Source: Acidimicrobiaceae bacterium
GTDB lineage: Bacteria > Actinomycetota > Acidimicrobiia > Acidimicrobiales > MedAcidi-G1
Direction: 5' to 3'
Assembly (NCBI GenBank): GCA_002714485.1
Contig: PAXM01000019.1
Location: 1 to 35,048 of the forward strand
Length of the DNA stretch: 35,048 nucleotides
Positions 27,892 to 35,048 of the stretch are shown here, piece after piece. The notes beneath the pieces were generated by a model. The model was not told the DNA's origin and did no database searches. It was given only the letters and a program-made list of their open reading frames with translations. Every line of letters starts with the position of its first letter. Position 1 is the stretch's first letter. The translations under genes were made by a program, and so were the position numbers.

Positions 27892-28890
27892 TCATTCAAC
27901 GTCGCGTTCGTAGTGTTCCGTGGGCGGCGGGTCTGTGCGGAGATCCCGAATAGCCTGTTGTACGTCGATGATTGCCTCTTCCAGTCGATCGGCCGCCCAC
28001 TCGTTGTCGATGCCGAAAGGTAGGTCGTCAACGATTTTCTGCAGTCTGCCGACCCCCCGCCAGGCGGCATGCCGGGCCCACTCGGTGGCCAGCACCGCGG
28101 GATCATCCACTCCGACCAGATCGAGTGAGCGGGACTGATCGTCACCATTGCGGTCCAGACACACGTAGCCATTGACCATTGTGATGCGCTCGGCTGTCGA
28201 GTCCAAAGGCCCACCACGATGAACAACCATGTTGCCGTGCAGCGCGATAGCCCATCCGGGGCCTGGAAAGTCGGGAACCAGGACCTGATCGGTCGGAGGA
28301 CGCTTTCCGGCCGCGGCAAGTGCCGCGGCGTCGTCCTTCGTGCCCAGAAAGATCTCGAAGCGACCACCCGGGAGGGCCGTCGGGTCGCTGACCATCATCA
28401 CGTAGTCCAGAGCCAGGGTGTCGTGATGCCATTTGTCGACAGCATCTCCCACGCTGCTGGGTTCATAGTTGAGGTGCCCGAGGTGAACCGGCATGGTGTG
28501 GGGTGCCACGGCCGTGCCGTACACCTCCACCATCATGTCGGTGACCTCTGGTGAGAGGCATAAGTCCCGAAGCCACCGAGACCGGTAGCAGCCGCCACGG
28601 ACCGTGTTCTCGACGCGATCTCGGGCGTTGGTCTGGAACACTCGTAGTCGGCGGGCGGTGTCCACTAGGACCGCTGCCCCTTCATCGGACAAGATGCGGA
28701 GCGGGGTCGAGAAAGCCACCGGTGTGGCCGTCACGGCGATCTCCTCGCGCTGGTAGCCGAGCTCGGTCAACATGGTGACCCCGGTGGGTGGTCGGAGATC
28801 CAAGTGAAGCGTCGGATCGAAGGCTGGCTCGTCGTCTAGCCAGTCGTACCCGTCGGGTCGGATCTCGGGAAATGGCACCGCTACTGACAT
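27892..28890 (-). CDS. divergent Fe(II)/2OG-oxygenase-like protein (family not recognised)
   Basis: WHHDT (HxD), then VVHRGG 66 residues later, then ERIT (RxS/T-like) 11 residues after that His. This spacing fits a double-stranded beta-helix oxygenase. GAGGAG RBS. Confidence 0.5.
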   Translation of the reverse strand: MSVAVPFPEIRPDGYDWLDDEPAFDPTLHLDLRPPTGVTMLTELGYQREEIAVTATPVAFSTPLRILSDEGAAVLVDTARRLRVFQTNARDRVENTVRGGCYRSRWLRDLCLSPEVTDMMVEVYGTAVAPHTMPVHLGHLNYEPSSVGDAVDKWHHDTLALDYVMMVSDPTALPGGRFEIFLGTKDDAAALAAAGKRPPTDQVLVPDFPGPGWAIALHGNMVVHRGGPLDSTAERITMVNGYVCLDRNGDDQSRSLDLVGVDDPAVLATEWARHAAWRGVGRLQKIVDDLPFGIDNEWAADRLEEAIIDVQQAIRDLRTDPPPTEHYERDVE

Positions 28891-28936
28891 CTTTTGGACT
28901 CCTCAATGCTTTCGACGGTCACCGGCCATTCACCTC

Positions 28937-28954
28937 TCCAAGCCGCAACTTGGA
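28937..28954. repeat. inverted repeat TCCAAG-ccgcaa-CTTGGA in an intercistronic gap
   Basis: Read directly. Lies 15 nt downstream (minus strand) of the flavoenzyme stop. Confidence 0.5.
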
Positions 28955-28968
28955 ATCATGGGCCACGC

Positions 28969-31026
28969 TTAGAGGTGCTGCAAGAGCCGCCGGGCGTCAA
29001 GTAGGGCTGAGGCCACGTCACGACTGGCCACACAGTCGCCGACTCGATACAGCAGGTAGCCACCGTCGGTCGCGGTGAACGCCGGTTGGGCCCGACCTCC
29101 GATGAGCGCCTCCAGGTCCACGACACCGTTGTTGACGGAACCCTCTCGTAACGCCACGTAGAGTTCTGCGTCCGGAGCCACGCCGTGCTCGACAATCACG
29201 GAATCCACCATCCGGTTCATCTGCACCCGGGTGTACTCGTTGCGCATCACTGTCTGAAGAGACCCACCGTCAGTGAGCTCGACTGCGACCAGACGGTGAT
29301 CTGGCGTGATTGCCACGCCGCCCTCGTAGAGCATCCGTAGGTACGCAGGCCCCAATGGTGTAGCTAGGTCTAGGCCGACATGCCGATCAGGTGTCACCAC
29401 TTCGATATCCGACACACCGAGGACCTTGGCCTTTTCCACCAAGAACTCAACGACAGCTAGACCCCGTTCGGCACCATGGTCGTCGTAAACCAGCACCCGG
29501 CCCCCGGGTCGGGCCGAGCCACCCAACACGTCCCATGCTGTGTACACCAGGTCTGCACCCGCCTCCAGATAAGAGACCTCAGGCGATCCACCCGTGGCCA
29601 CAATTACAACGTCGGGCACTTCGGCCAAAACGTCACTTGCATCGACCGGTGTGGACAGCCGAACGTCGACGCCGATCAGCGCCACCTCGTTGACCAGCCA
29701 GTCCAAGAGACCGGCCACCTCGCGCTGACGCTCACCCGCCCGTGCCATAAGTACCAGCTGTCCTCCAAGTCGGTCTTGCGCCTCGAACAGAACCACCGTG
29801 TGGCCCCGCTCGGCAGCCGTTCGTGCTGCCTCTAGGCCACCAGGACCACCACCTACTACGACGACCCGGCGAGCCTGGCCATCAGATCGCACCACCACCT
29901 GCGGCACCGTCCCCTCACGGCCGGTAGCGGGATTCTGGATGCACACCGAATCCAATCCGAGATGTAGTCGATTAATGCACAGCGACGCCCCCACGCAGGC
30001 GCGTATTCGCTGCGGCTCACCCCGCTCCAGCTTGGCCACCAGATGGGGGTCAGCGAAGTGCGCTCGAGTCATTCCCACCAGGTCGACGGCACCGGACTCC
30101 ACGGCGTGTCTGGCCGTGGCCGGGTCGATGATCCGGGTGGCGTGCAGGAGCGGCAGGTCGGTTGCCGAGCGCACAGCAGCAGCGACTGGCAAGTACGGCG
30201 CCAAGGGTGTGCCAGCCGGCGGAATGGCCCGCGACAGGCCTTGGTCGGTAGCAAGTGCCGGTCCAGCCACGTTCAGGAAGTCCAACAGACTTGATCCGGC
30301 CAGGTGCACCGCGATGGCGCAGCAGTCCTCCTCGTCAAGGCCCCCAGCCTGATCCTCGGTGCCCAGCATCCGTATGCCCACTAGGAGCCGCCCGTCGACA
30401 GCCTCCCGGACGGCCTCCAGGACCTCGATCGTTAATCGCAGCCGGTTGTCCAGCGAACCGCCGTATCCGTCGGTCCGGCGGTTTACCAGCGGCGACCAGA
30501 ACTGGTCCAGGAGGTGGCTGGTGGCCAGCAACTCGATCCCATCCAGCCCACTGTCAGCGACCCGTCGGGCAGCGGCAGCGAAGTCAGCCACTACCCGAGC
30601 CAGGTCCGATGGTTCAGCCTCTTTGGGCCAGAACCGGTGCATGGGTTCCCGGATGGGCGATGGGGCGATGGTGGGCAGCCAGTCGCCATCATTGGATACG
30701 TTTCGGCGCCCCATGTGCGTCAGTTGGCACATGATCGCGGTGCCGTGTACGTGGACCCGCTCAGCCATCGCTGCCAGTGGGTCGACGACGGCGTCGGTGG
30801 CGAAATTTAACTGGCCCCAGAGTGAGGCCGAGTCGACCGAGACGTTTGACGATCCACCAATCATGGTCAGTCCGATACCGCCCCGGGCCTTCTCCTCGTG
30901 GTATCGGACATACCGGTCGCTGGGGGTTCCATCGACGTTGTACCCCGGTGAATGGCTGCTGGAGAAGATCCGGTTTCGCAGGCGCAGCCCTGCCAAGTCG
31001 AATGGTTGGAGCAGCGGGTCGTTCAC
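28969..31026 (-). CDS. two-domain flavoenzyme: OYE-like FMN TIM barrel fused to FAD/NAD(P)-binding domain
   Basis: 685 aa. The family includes 2,4-dienoyl-CoA reductase, trimethylamine dehydrogenase and N-methylproline demethylase. N-terminal LRLRNRI...SSH OYE start. Central CVGASLCINR...CIQNPATGRE segment. VVVVGGGPGGLEAA and VVIVATGG dinucleotide motifs. GTG start. Confidence 0.9.
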   Translation of the reverse strand: MNDPLLQPFDLAGLRLRNRIFSSSHSPGYNVDGTPSDRYVRYHEEKARGGIGLTMIGGSSNVSVDSASLWGQLNFATDAVVDPLAAMAERVHVHGTAIMCQLTHMGRRNVSNDGDWLPTIAPSPIREPMHRFWPKEAEPSDLARVVADFAAAARRVADSGLDGIELLATSHLLDQFWSPLVNRRTDGYGGSLDNRLRLTIEVLEAVREAVDGRLLVGIRMLGTEDQAGGLDEEDCCAIAVHLAGSSLLDFLNVAGPALATDQGLSRAIPPAGTPLAPYLPVAAAVRSATDLPLLHATRIIDPATARHAVESGAVDLVGMTRAHFADPHLVAKLERGEPQRIRACVGASLCINRLHLGLDSVCIQNPATGREGTVPQVVVRSDGQARRVVVVGGGPGGLEAARTAAERGHTVVLFEAQDRLGGQLVLMARAGERQREVAGLLDWLVNEVALIGVDVRLSTPVDASDVLAEVPDVVIVATGGSPEVSYLEAGADLVYTAWDVLGGSARPGGRVLVYDDHGAERGLAVVEFLVEKAKVLGVSDIEVVTPDRHVGLDLATPLGPAYLRMLYEGGVAITPDHRLVAVELTDGGSLQTVMRNEYTRVQMNRMVDSVIVEHGVAPDAELYVALREGSVNNGVVDLEALIGGRAQPAFTATDGGYLLYRVGDCVASRDVASALLDARRLLQHL

Positions 31027-31052
31027 GGGCCAGGAGGCCTAGTTGAGTCCAC

Positions 31053-31072
31053 GGTCTAGATCTCGCTAGACC
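31053..31072. repeat. inverted repeat GGTCTAG-atctcg-CTAGACC between cysC and the flavoenzyme gene
   Basis: Read directly. It is AT-richer than its surroundings and lies in one of only two real gaps (79 nt here, 78 nt at 28891..28968) in the 11-gene array. Confidence 0.5.
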
Positions 31073-31105
31073 TTGAGCGAGGTACAACCCACAAGGTCAG
31101 GGACA

Positions 31106-31756
31106 TCAGGAGTAGGTCCCATCAGGGAACAAAAGGTCGAGTACGGCGTCCACGCAATCTTGGAGAGGTCGACCAGTGTCGATCCGCAAGTCAGGCGAGA
31201 TGGGCGTTTCGTATGGTGCCGAGATGCCACTGAAGTCGGGAATCTCTCCCGCCCGAGCCCGGGAGTACAAGCCCTTGACGTCCCGCTCCTCGCAGACCTC
31301 TAGCGGCGTGTCCACGAAGACCTCGATGAAAGTTCCGTCCGGGTGCATGGCCCGCACGGCCTCCCGGTCGGCGCGGTAGGGCGAAATGAATGCGCTGAAC
31401 ACCACCAGACCAGCATCCTGGAACAGCCGGCACACCTCACCGATACGGCGCACGTTCTCAGTTCGGTCATCGGGCGAGAATCCAAGGTCGCGGTTAAGGC
31501 CCATGCGGACGTTGTCTCCATCCAAGACGTATGCAGCCACACCGCGGGCCACCAAGGCGTCCTCCACCGCGAATGCCAGCGTGGACTTCCCGGAGCCGGA
31601 AAGTCCGGTAAGCCAGACCGTCCTGCCATCGTGGCCGGTCAGCGCAGTCCGTCGGGCCCGGTTCACGTGCCCCTCCGCTCGGGTGAGGTCCTGGGACACC
31701 GGTCCGTTATTCCTCGAAGAGTCGAATTCAGCCACGGAGCACACCCCGATCCTCAA
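31106..31756 (-). CDS. cysC: adenylylsulfate (APS) kinase, stand-alone and canonical
   Basis: [23 protein letters not shown] and [11 protein letters not shown]. The ATG at 31756 overlaps the cysNC end by 29 nt. An in-frame GTG at 31699 is an alternative start. Confidence 0.9.
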   Translation of the reverse strand: MRIGVCSVAEFDSSRNNGPVSQDLTRAEGHVNRARRTALTGHDGRTVWLTGLSGSGKSTLAFAVEDALVARGVAAYVLDGDNVRMGLNRDLGFSPDDRTENVRRIGEVCRLFQDAGLVVFSAFISPYRADREAVRAMHPDGTFIEVFVDTPLEVCEERDVKGLYSRARAGEIPDFSGISAPYETPISPDLRIDTGRPLQDCVDAVLDLLFPDGTYS

Positions 31757-33647
31757 GTAACGTGAAGATGGCGTCTACGCATTCATCGATGTCCTGCACC
31801 GAGGTGTCGAGTCGAAGATCCATGTCGGTGGGCTGTTCATAGGCCGATGACACACCCGGGTAGTCCTCAATTTCTCCCCTATCGGCCGCTTCGTACTGGC
31901 CACTTGAGTCGCGCTGCCGGCAGACCCCAATCGGAGTGTCAACAAACACTTCCACGAAGCGGTGGTCGCCAATGAGTTCGCGGGCACGAGTTCGAACATT
32001 GGCCTCGGGAGCCACCAGTGCGGCAATGGCTATCAGGCCTTGCCGATTGGCTAGCAGCGCCACCTCGGCCACACGACGCAGGTTCTCCGAACGGTCCCGG
32101 GCGCTGAAACCAAGGTCTCGGCTTATGCCGAGACGTACGTTCTCCCCGTCGAGCCGAATGGTGGCGTGGCCGCGATCGAACAAACGGCGCTCCAAGCCCG
32201 CTGCAATGGTTGACTTGCCTGCCGCTGTCAAGCCGGTCAGCAGGACCGTGCAGGGTCGTTGGCCAAACCGTGCCACTCGCTCCTCCGGCGTGATCTCTGA
32301 TCGGTGGCGGACTAGGCCGACAGCAGGGCTCCGATCCCAGACCGAGGAGGCGCACAGAATCATTCCGGCGGCTACCGTCGCATTGTCCATCCGATCCACG
32401 AGGACGAACGAGCCAGTCCGCCGGTTGGTGGAATAGGGGTCAAATAGCAACTCGCGTTCAGCGGTGATCGTGCAACGGGCGATGTCGTTGAGGGCCAGCT
32501 CTGTGGCTGCCACGTGCTCTAGCGAGTTGACGTCCACCCGATAGTCGATGGCGGCCACCGATACGCCAACGAGGCCGTTAGCCGACTGCAGGAGGTATTG
32601 GCGACCGGGCCGCATTTCCTCGTGGGCCATCCAGACCAGCATGGCGTCGACCTCGTGGGACCGAGTCGGCTGGTCGTCGTTTCCCACCAGGAGGTCACCC
32701 CGGCTGACGTCGATCTCATCGGCCAGGGTCAGCGTCACCGCATCGCCGGGCCCGACCTCGTCAAGGTCACCATCGAAGGACACGATGCGGTCAACAGTGG
32801 ATGCCACCCCCGACGGGAGTGACACCACGGGATCCCCGGGCCGCAGCACTCCGGAGACCACCGTGCCAGCGAACCCTCGGAAGTCGCCGTCTGGACGAAT
32901 CACCAACTGCACTGGCAGGCGGAACCGGTCCAGATCGACGCCGGCGGCCACGTCGACAGTCTCGAGGTACTCCATCAAGGGCGGTCCATCGAACCAGGTG
33001 AGGTTGTCCCCACGTTCCACCACGTTGTCGCCCAGTAGGGCCGACATGGGCAGGAAGTACGGGTCGACCAGCTGCAGACCGGTGGCGAAGGCCTGGTAGT
33101 CGGCCCGGATCTCGTCGAACCGATCCTCGGACCAGGCCACCAGGTCCATTTTGTTTACGGCCACTACCACCTTATGGATGCCAAGCAGGCTGGCGATGTG
33201 GCTGTGTCGGCGGGTCTGGTCAAGTACGCCGTGCCGGGCGTCCACGAGGATCACCGCCAGCTCACATGTCGAAGCCCCGGTGGCCATGTTGCGGGTGTAC
33301 TGCTCGTGACCAGGGGTATCAGCCACGATGAACTTGCGACGGGCTGTCGAGAAGTAGCGGTAAGCCACGTCAATGGTGATGCCCTGTTCCCGTTCAGCCT
33401 TTAGGCCGTCCATGAGCAATGACAGATCGAGATGGTCGCCTGCGGACCCCACAACCGTTGAGTCGACCTCTAGACCGGCAAGCTGATCCTCGTAGATCAT
33501 GCGTGAGTCGTGGAGTAGGCGCCCGATGAGGGTCGACTTGCCGTCGTCGACACTGCCGCAGGTCAGGAGCCGTAGTAGGTCCTTACGCTCGTGTTCGGCT
33601 AGGTAGGCCTCAATGTCGGTGGCGATGAGCTCGGAGGCGTGAGACAT
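31728..33647 (-). CDS. cysNC: sulfate adenylyltransferase subunit 1 (GTPase) fused to an APS-kinase-like C-terminal domain
   Basis: [17 protein letters not shown] and NKMD GTPase motifs. The C-terminal ~190 aa are homologous to CysC but with altered motifs (see findings). Confidence 0.9.
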   Translation of the reverse strand: MSHASELIATDIEAYLAEHERKDLLRLLTCGSVDDGKSTLIGRLLHDSRMIYEDQLAGLEVDSTVVGSAGDHLDLSLLMDGLKAEREQGITIDVAYRYFSTARRKFIVADTPGHEQYTRNMATGASTCELAVILVDARHGVLDQTRRHSHIASLLGIHKVVVAVNKMDLVAWSEDRFDEIRADYQAFATGLQLVDPYFLPMSALLGDNVVERGDNLTWFDGPPLMEYLETVDVAAGVDLDRFRLPVQLVIRPDGDFRGFAGTVVSGVLRPGDPVVSLPSGVASTVDRIVSFDGDLDEVGPGDAVTLTLADEIDVSRGDLLVGNDDQPTRSHEVDAMLVWMAHEEMRPGRQYLLQSANGLVGVSVAAIDYRVDVNSLEHVAATELALNDIARCTITAERELLFDPYSTNRRTGSFVLVDRMDNATVAAGMILCASSVWDRSPAVGLVRHRSEITPEERVARFGQRPCTVLLTGLTAAGKSTIAAGLERRLFDRGHATIRLDGENVRLGISRDLGFSARDRSENLRRVAEVALLANRQGLIAIAALVAPEANVRTRARELIGDHRFVEVFVDTPIGVCRQRDSSGQYEAADRGEIEDYPGVSSAYEQPTDMDLRLDTSVQDIDECVDAIFTLLEDRGVLRG

Positions 33648-34564
33648 CAGAAGTACCCCTCGCGTTTCTTGTCCTCCATGGAGCCAGCCTGATCGTGGTC
33701 GATGACTCGCCCCTCGCGCTCGGACCGGGTGGCCAACAGCATCTCCTGGATGATCTCAGGCAGCGTGGTGGCCGTCGACTCCACTGCACCCGAAAGCGGG
33801 TAGCAGCCGAGGGTGCGAAAACGCACCGACCGCATCTGAGGCTCTTCCCCGTCGGAGAACCGGAAGCGATCGTCATCGACCATGATGAGGGTTCCATCGC
33901 GTTCCACAACAGGCCGTACCTTGGACCGGTATAGGGGCACGATGTCGATGCCTTCCAGGTGGATGTACTGCCAGACGTCCAACTCGGTCCAGTTGCTAAT
34001 CGGAAACACTCGGATGCTCTCACCCCTGTGGATCCGGCCGTTGTAGAGGTTCCAGAGCTCAGGTCGCTGGTTCTTCGGATCCCATCGGTGGTTCCGGTCC
34101 CGAAAACTGAATTCCCGCTCCTTGGCCCGGGACCGTTCCTCGTCGCGCCGAGCACCCCCGAACGCCGCATCGAAACCACCGGCGTCCAACGCCTGGCGCA
34201 GGGCCACAGTCTTCATGATGTCGGTGTAGTTCCTCGACCCGTGGTCGAACGGGTTGATCCCTTCGGCTACACCAGCGGTGTTGGTGTGGACGATCAGGTC
34301 CAGATCCAGTTTTGCGGCTGTCTGGTCACGGAACTCGATCATTTCCTGGAACTTCCAGGTGGTGTCGACGTGGAGCAGCGGGAACGGAATGGGTCCCGGG
34401 TGGAACGCCTTACGGGACAGATGCAGGAGCACTGACGAGTCCTTACCGATCGAGTAGAGCATGACCGGCCTCTCGAACTGGGCAACGACCTCACGCATCA
34501 CGTGGATGGCCTCGGCCTCCAGTTGCTGGAGGTGGGTCCGCTGCTGTGCTGTGTTCGACGCCAC
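33647..34564 (-). CDS. cysD: sulfate adenylyltransferase subunit 2
   Basis: [15 protein letters not shown]-loop. Full-length CysD pattern ending in [11 protein letters not shown] start 3 nt after the TetR stop. The stop overlaps the cysNC ATG. Confidence 0.95.
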   Translation of the reverse strand: MASNTAQQRTHLQQLEAEAIHVMREVVAQFERPVMLYSIGKDSSVLLHLSRKAFHPGPIPFPLLHVDTTWKFQEMIEFRDQTAAKLDLDLIVHTNTAGVAEGINPFDHGSRNYTDIMKTVALRQALDAGGFDAAFGGARRDEERSRAKEREFSFRDRNHRWDPKNQRPELWNLYNGRIHRGESIRVFPISNWTELDVWQYIHLEGIDIVPLYRSKVRPVVERDGTLIMVDDDRFRFSDGEEPQMRSVRFRTLGCYPLSGAVESTATTLPEIIQEMLLATRSEREGRVIDHDQAGSMEDKKREGYF

Positions 34565-34567
34565 GGT

Positions 34568-35048
34568 TCAGCCATCACCTAGGGCGATGGCCTCGCAGCG
34601 TTGCAGGCCGCGCTCCAGCGCCTCCCGGTCCCCGAAACGGGCCCAGTTGAGCCAAAGCCCATTCTGGGTGAGTGACACGTCGACAGCTCGTTCTCGTGCT
34701 CCGGTCGCGGAGAGTTCGGGACGGGCCTGCAAAATCATTTCAGTCATCCGGTCCACGTACTCGCAGTAAAACTTCAGATCGGTCTTGCCGATCTCCGGGT
34801 CTAGCCGGCCCGCCGCCCAAATAACTAGCCGGAGCCGACGGTTCTCCGACGACAAGAATTCTTCGGCCATCGTCCCCCGGATAAACGTCCTTACCCGCTC
34901 GTCAGCACCTGTCACCCCATCTATGGAAACCATGGACTCGACCAGAAGGCGATCACAGGCCACCTGTAACGCCGCGCCAATTAGGGCCTGCTTGCCCGAG
35001 AAGTGATAGTTGAGCAGCCCCAGGGACACATCCGCTTCGGTTGCCACG
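34568..35048 (-). CDS. TetR/AcrR family transcriptional regulator (N-terminus beyond window edge)
   Basis: ATEADVSLGLLNYHFSGKQAL is the recognition-helix end of a TetR HTH. It is followed by a helical ligand-binding domain. The ORF is open to the window edge. Confidence 0.75.
   Translation of the reverse strand, partial: VATEADVSLGLLNYHFSGKQALIGAALQVACDRLLVESMVSIDGVTGADERVRTFIRGTMAEEFLSSENRRLRLVIWAAGRLDPEIGKTDLKFYCEYVDRMTEMILQARPELSATGARERAVDVSLTQNGLWLNWARFGDREALERGLQRCEAIALGDG

Noticed and set aside
27892-28890. TauD/AtsK-type (sulfonate or sulfate-ester cleaving) dioxygenase assignment for the 332-aa protein, prompted by WHHDT.
   Set aside because: The spacing from HxD to the distal His is about 66 residues, versus roughly 150 in TauD. 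The C-terminal motif order also differs. The similarity is limited to the WHxD tetrapeptide.
1-35048. Defence system, prophage, integrative element, CRISPR array or toxin-antitoxin pair.
   Set aside because: No nuclease, helicase, ATPase, methyltransferase, integrase, transposase, Cas or small paired toxin/antitoxin ORFs were recognisable. I saw no direct-repeat arrays and no flanking tRNA or att-like repeats. All confident genes are metabolic.

Overview
GC-rich, almost fully coding segment with about 36 protein genes. I found no rRNA, tRNA, CRISPR array, transposase, integrase or phage gene. Family content suggests an actinobacterium (inference only): DUF385 deazaflavin-type and PNPOx-type proteins, and a long Mycobacterium-AtsA-like sulfatase. 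The content is accessory metabolism rather than housekeeping.

Left third (1-13.1 kb): hydrolases, a YciI protein, an MFS transporter, an SMP-30 lactonase-like protein, a cytoplasmic Cys-type sulfatase, an ADH/SDR/enoyl-CoA hydratase trio, a thioesterase, an M20 peptidase, a membrane di-iron hydroxylase and two gene remnants.

Middle (13.2-24 kb):
- glpK sits behind PNPOx and PhzF genes.
- A tightly coupled operon runs tandem-DUF1330, MBL hydrolase, 763-aa sulfatase, 175-aa orphan.
- A Rieske oxygenase is flanked by two haloalkane-dehalogenase-type paralogues.

Right third (24-35 kb) is the most unusual part. Eleven co-directional minus-strand genes have mostly overlapping stops and starts:
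- First come a TetR gene, cysD, a cysNC fusion and cysC. The kinase-like domain of the fusion has degenerate catalytic motifs, while the stand-alone cysC is canonical.
- Then follow an OYE/FAD flavoenzyme, a divergent HxD...H oxygenase-like protein, a PhyH dioxygenase, a racemase/maleate-isomerase-like protein, an M24 creatinase/ectoine-hydrolase-like protein and an IPNS-type 2OG oxygenase.
- No recognisable sulfotransferase, transporter or redox partner accompanies them.

I regard this PAPS-module-plus-oxidative-cluster array as the best candidate for an undescribed pathway, with the sulfatase operon second. All product calls rest on motif recognition by eye; no database search was possible.
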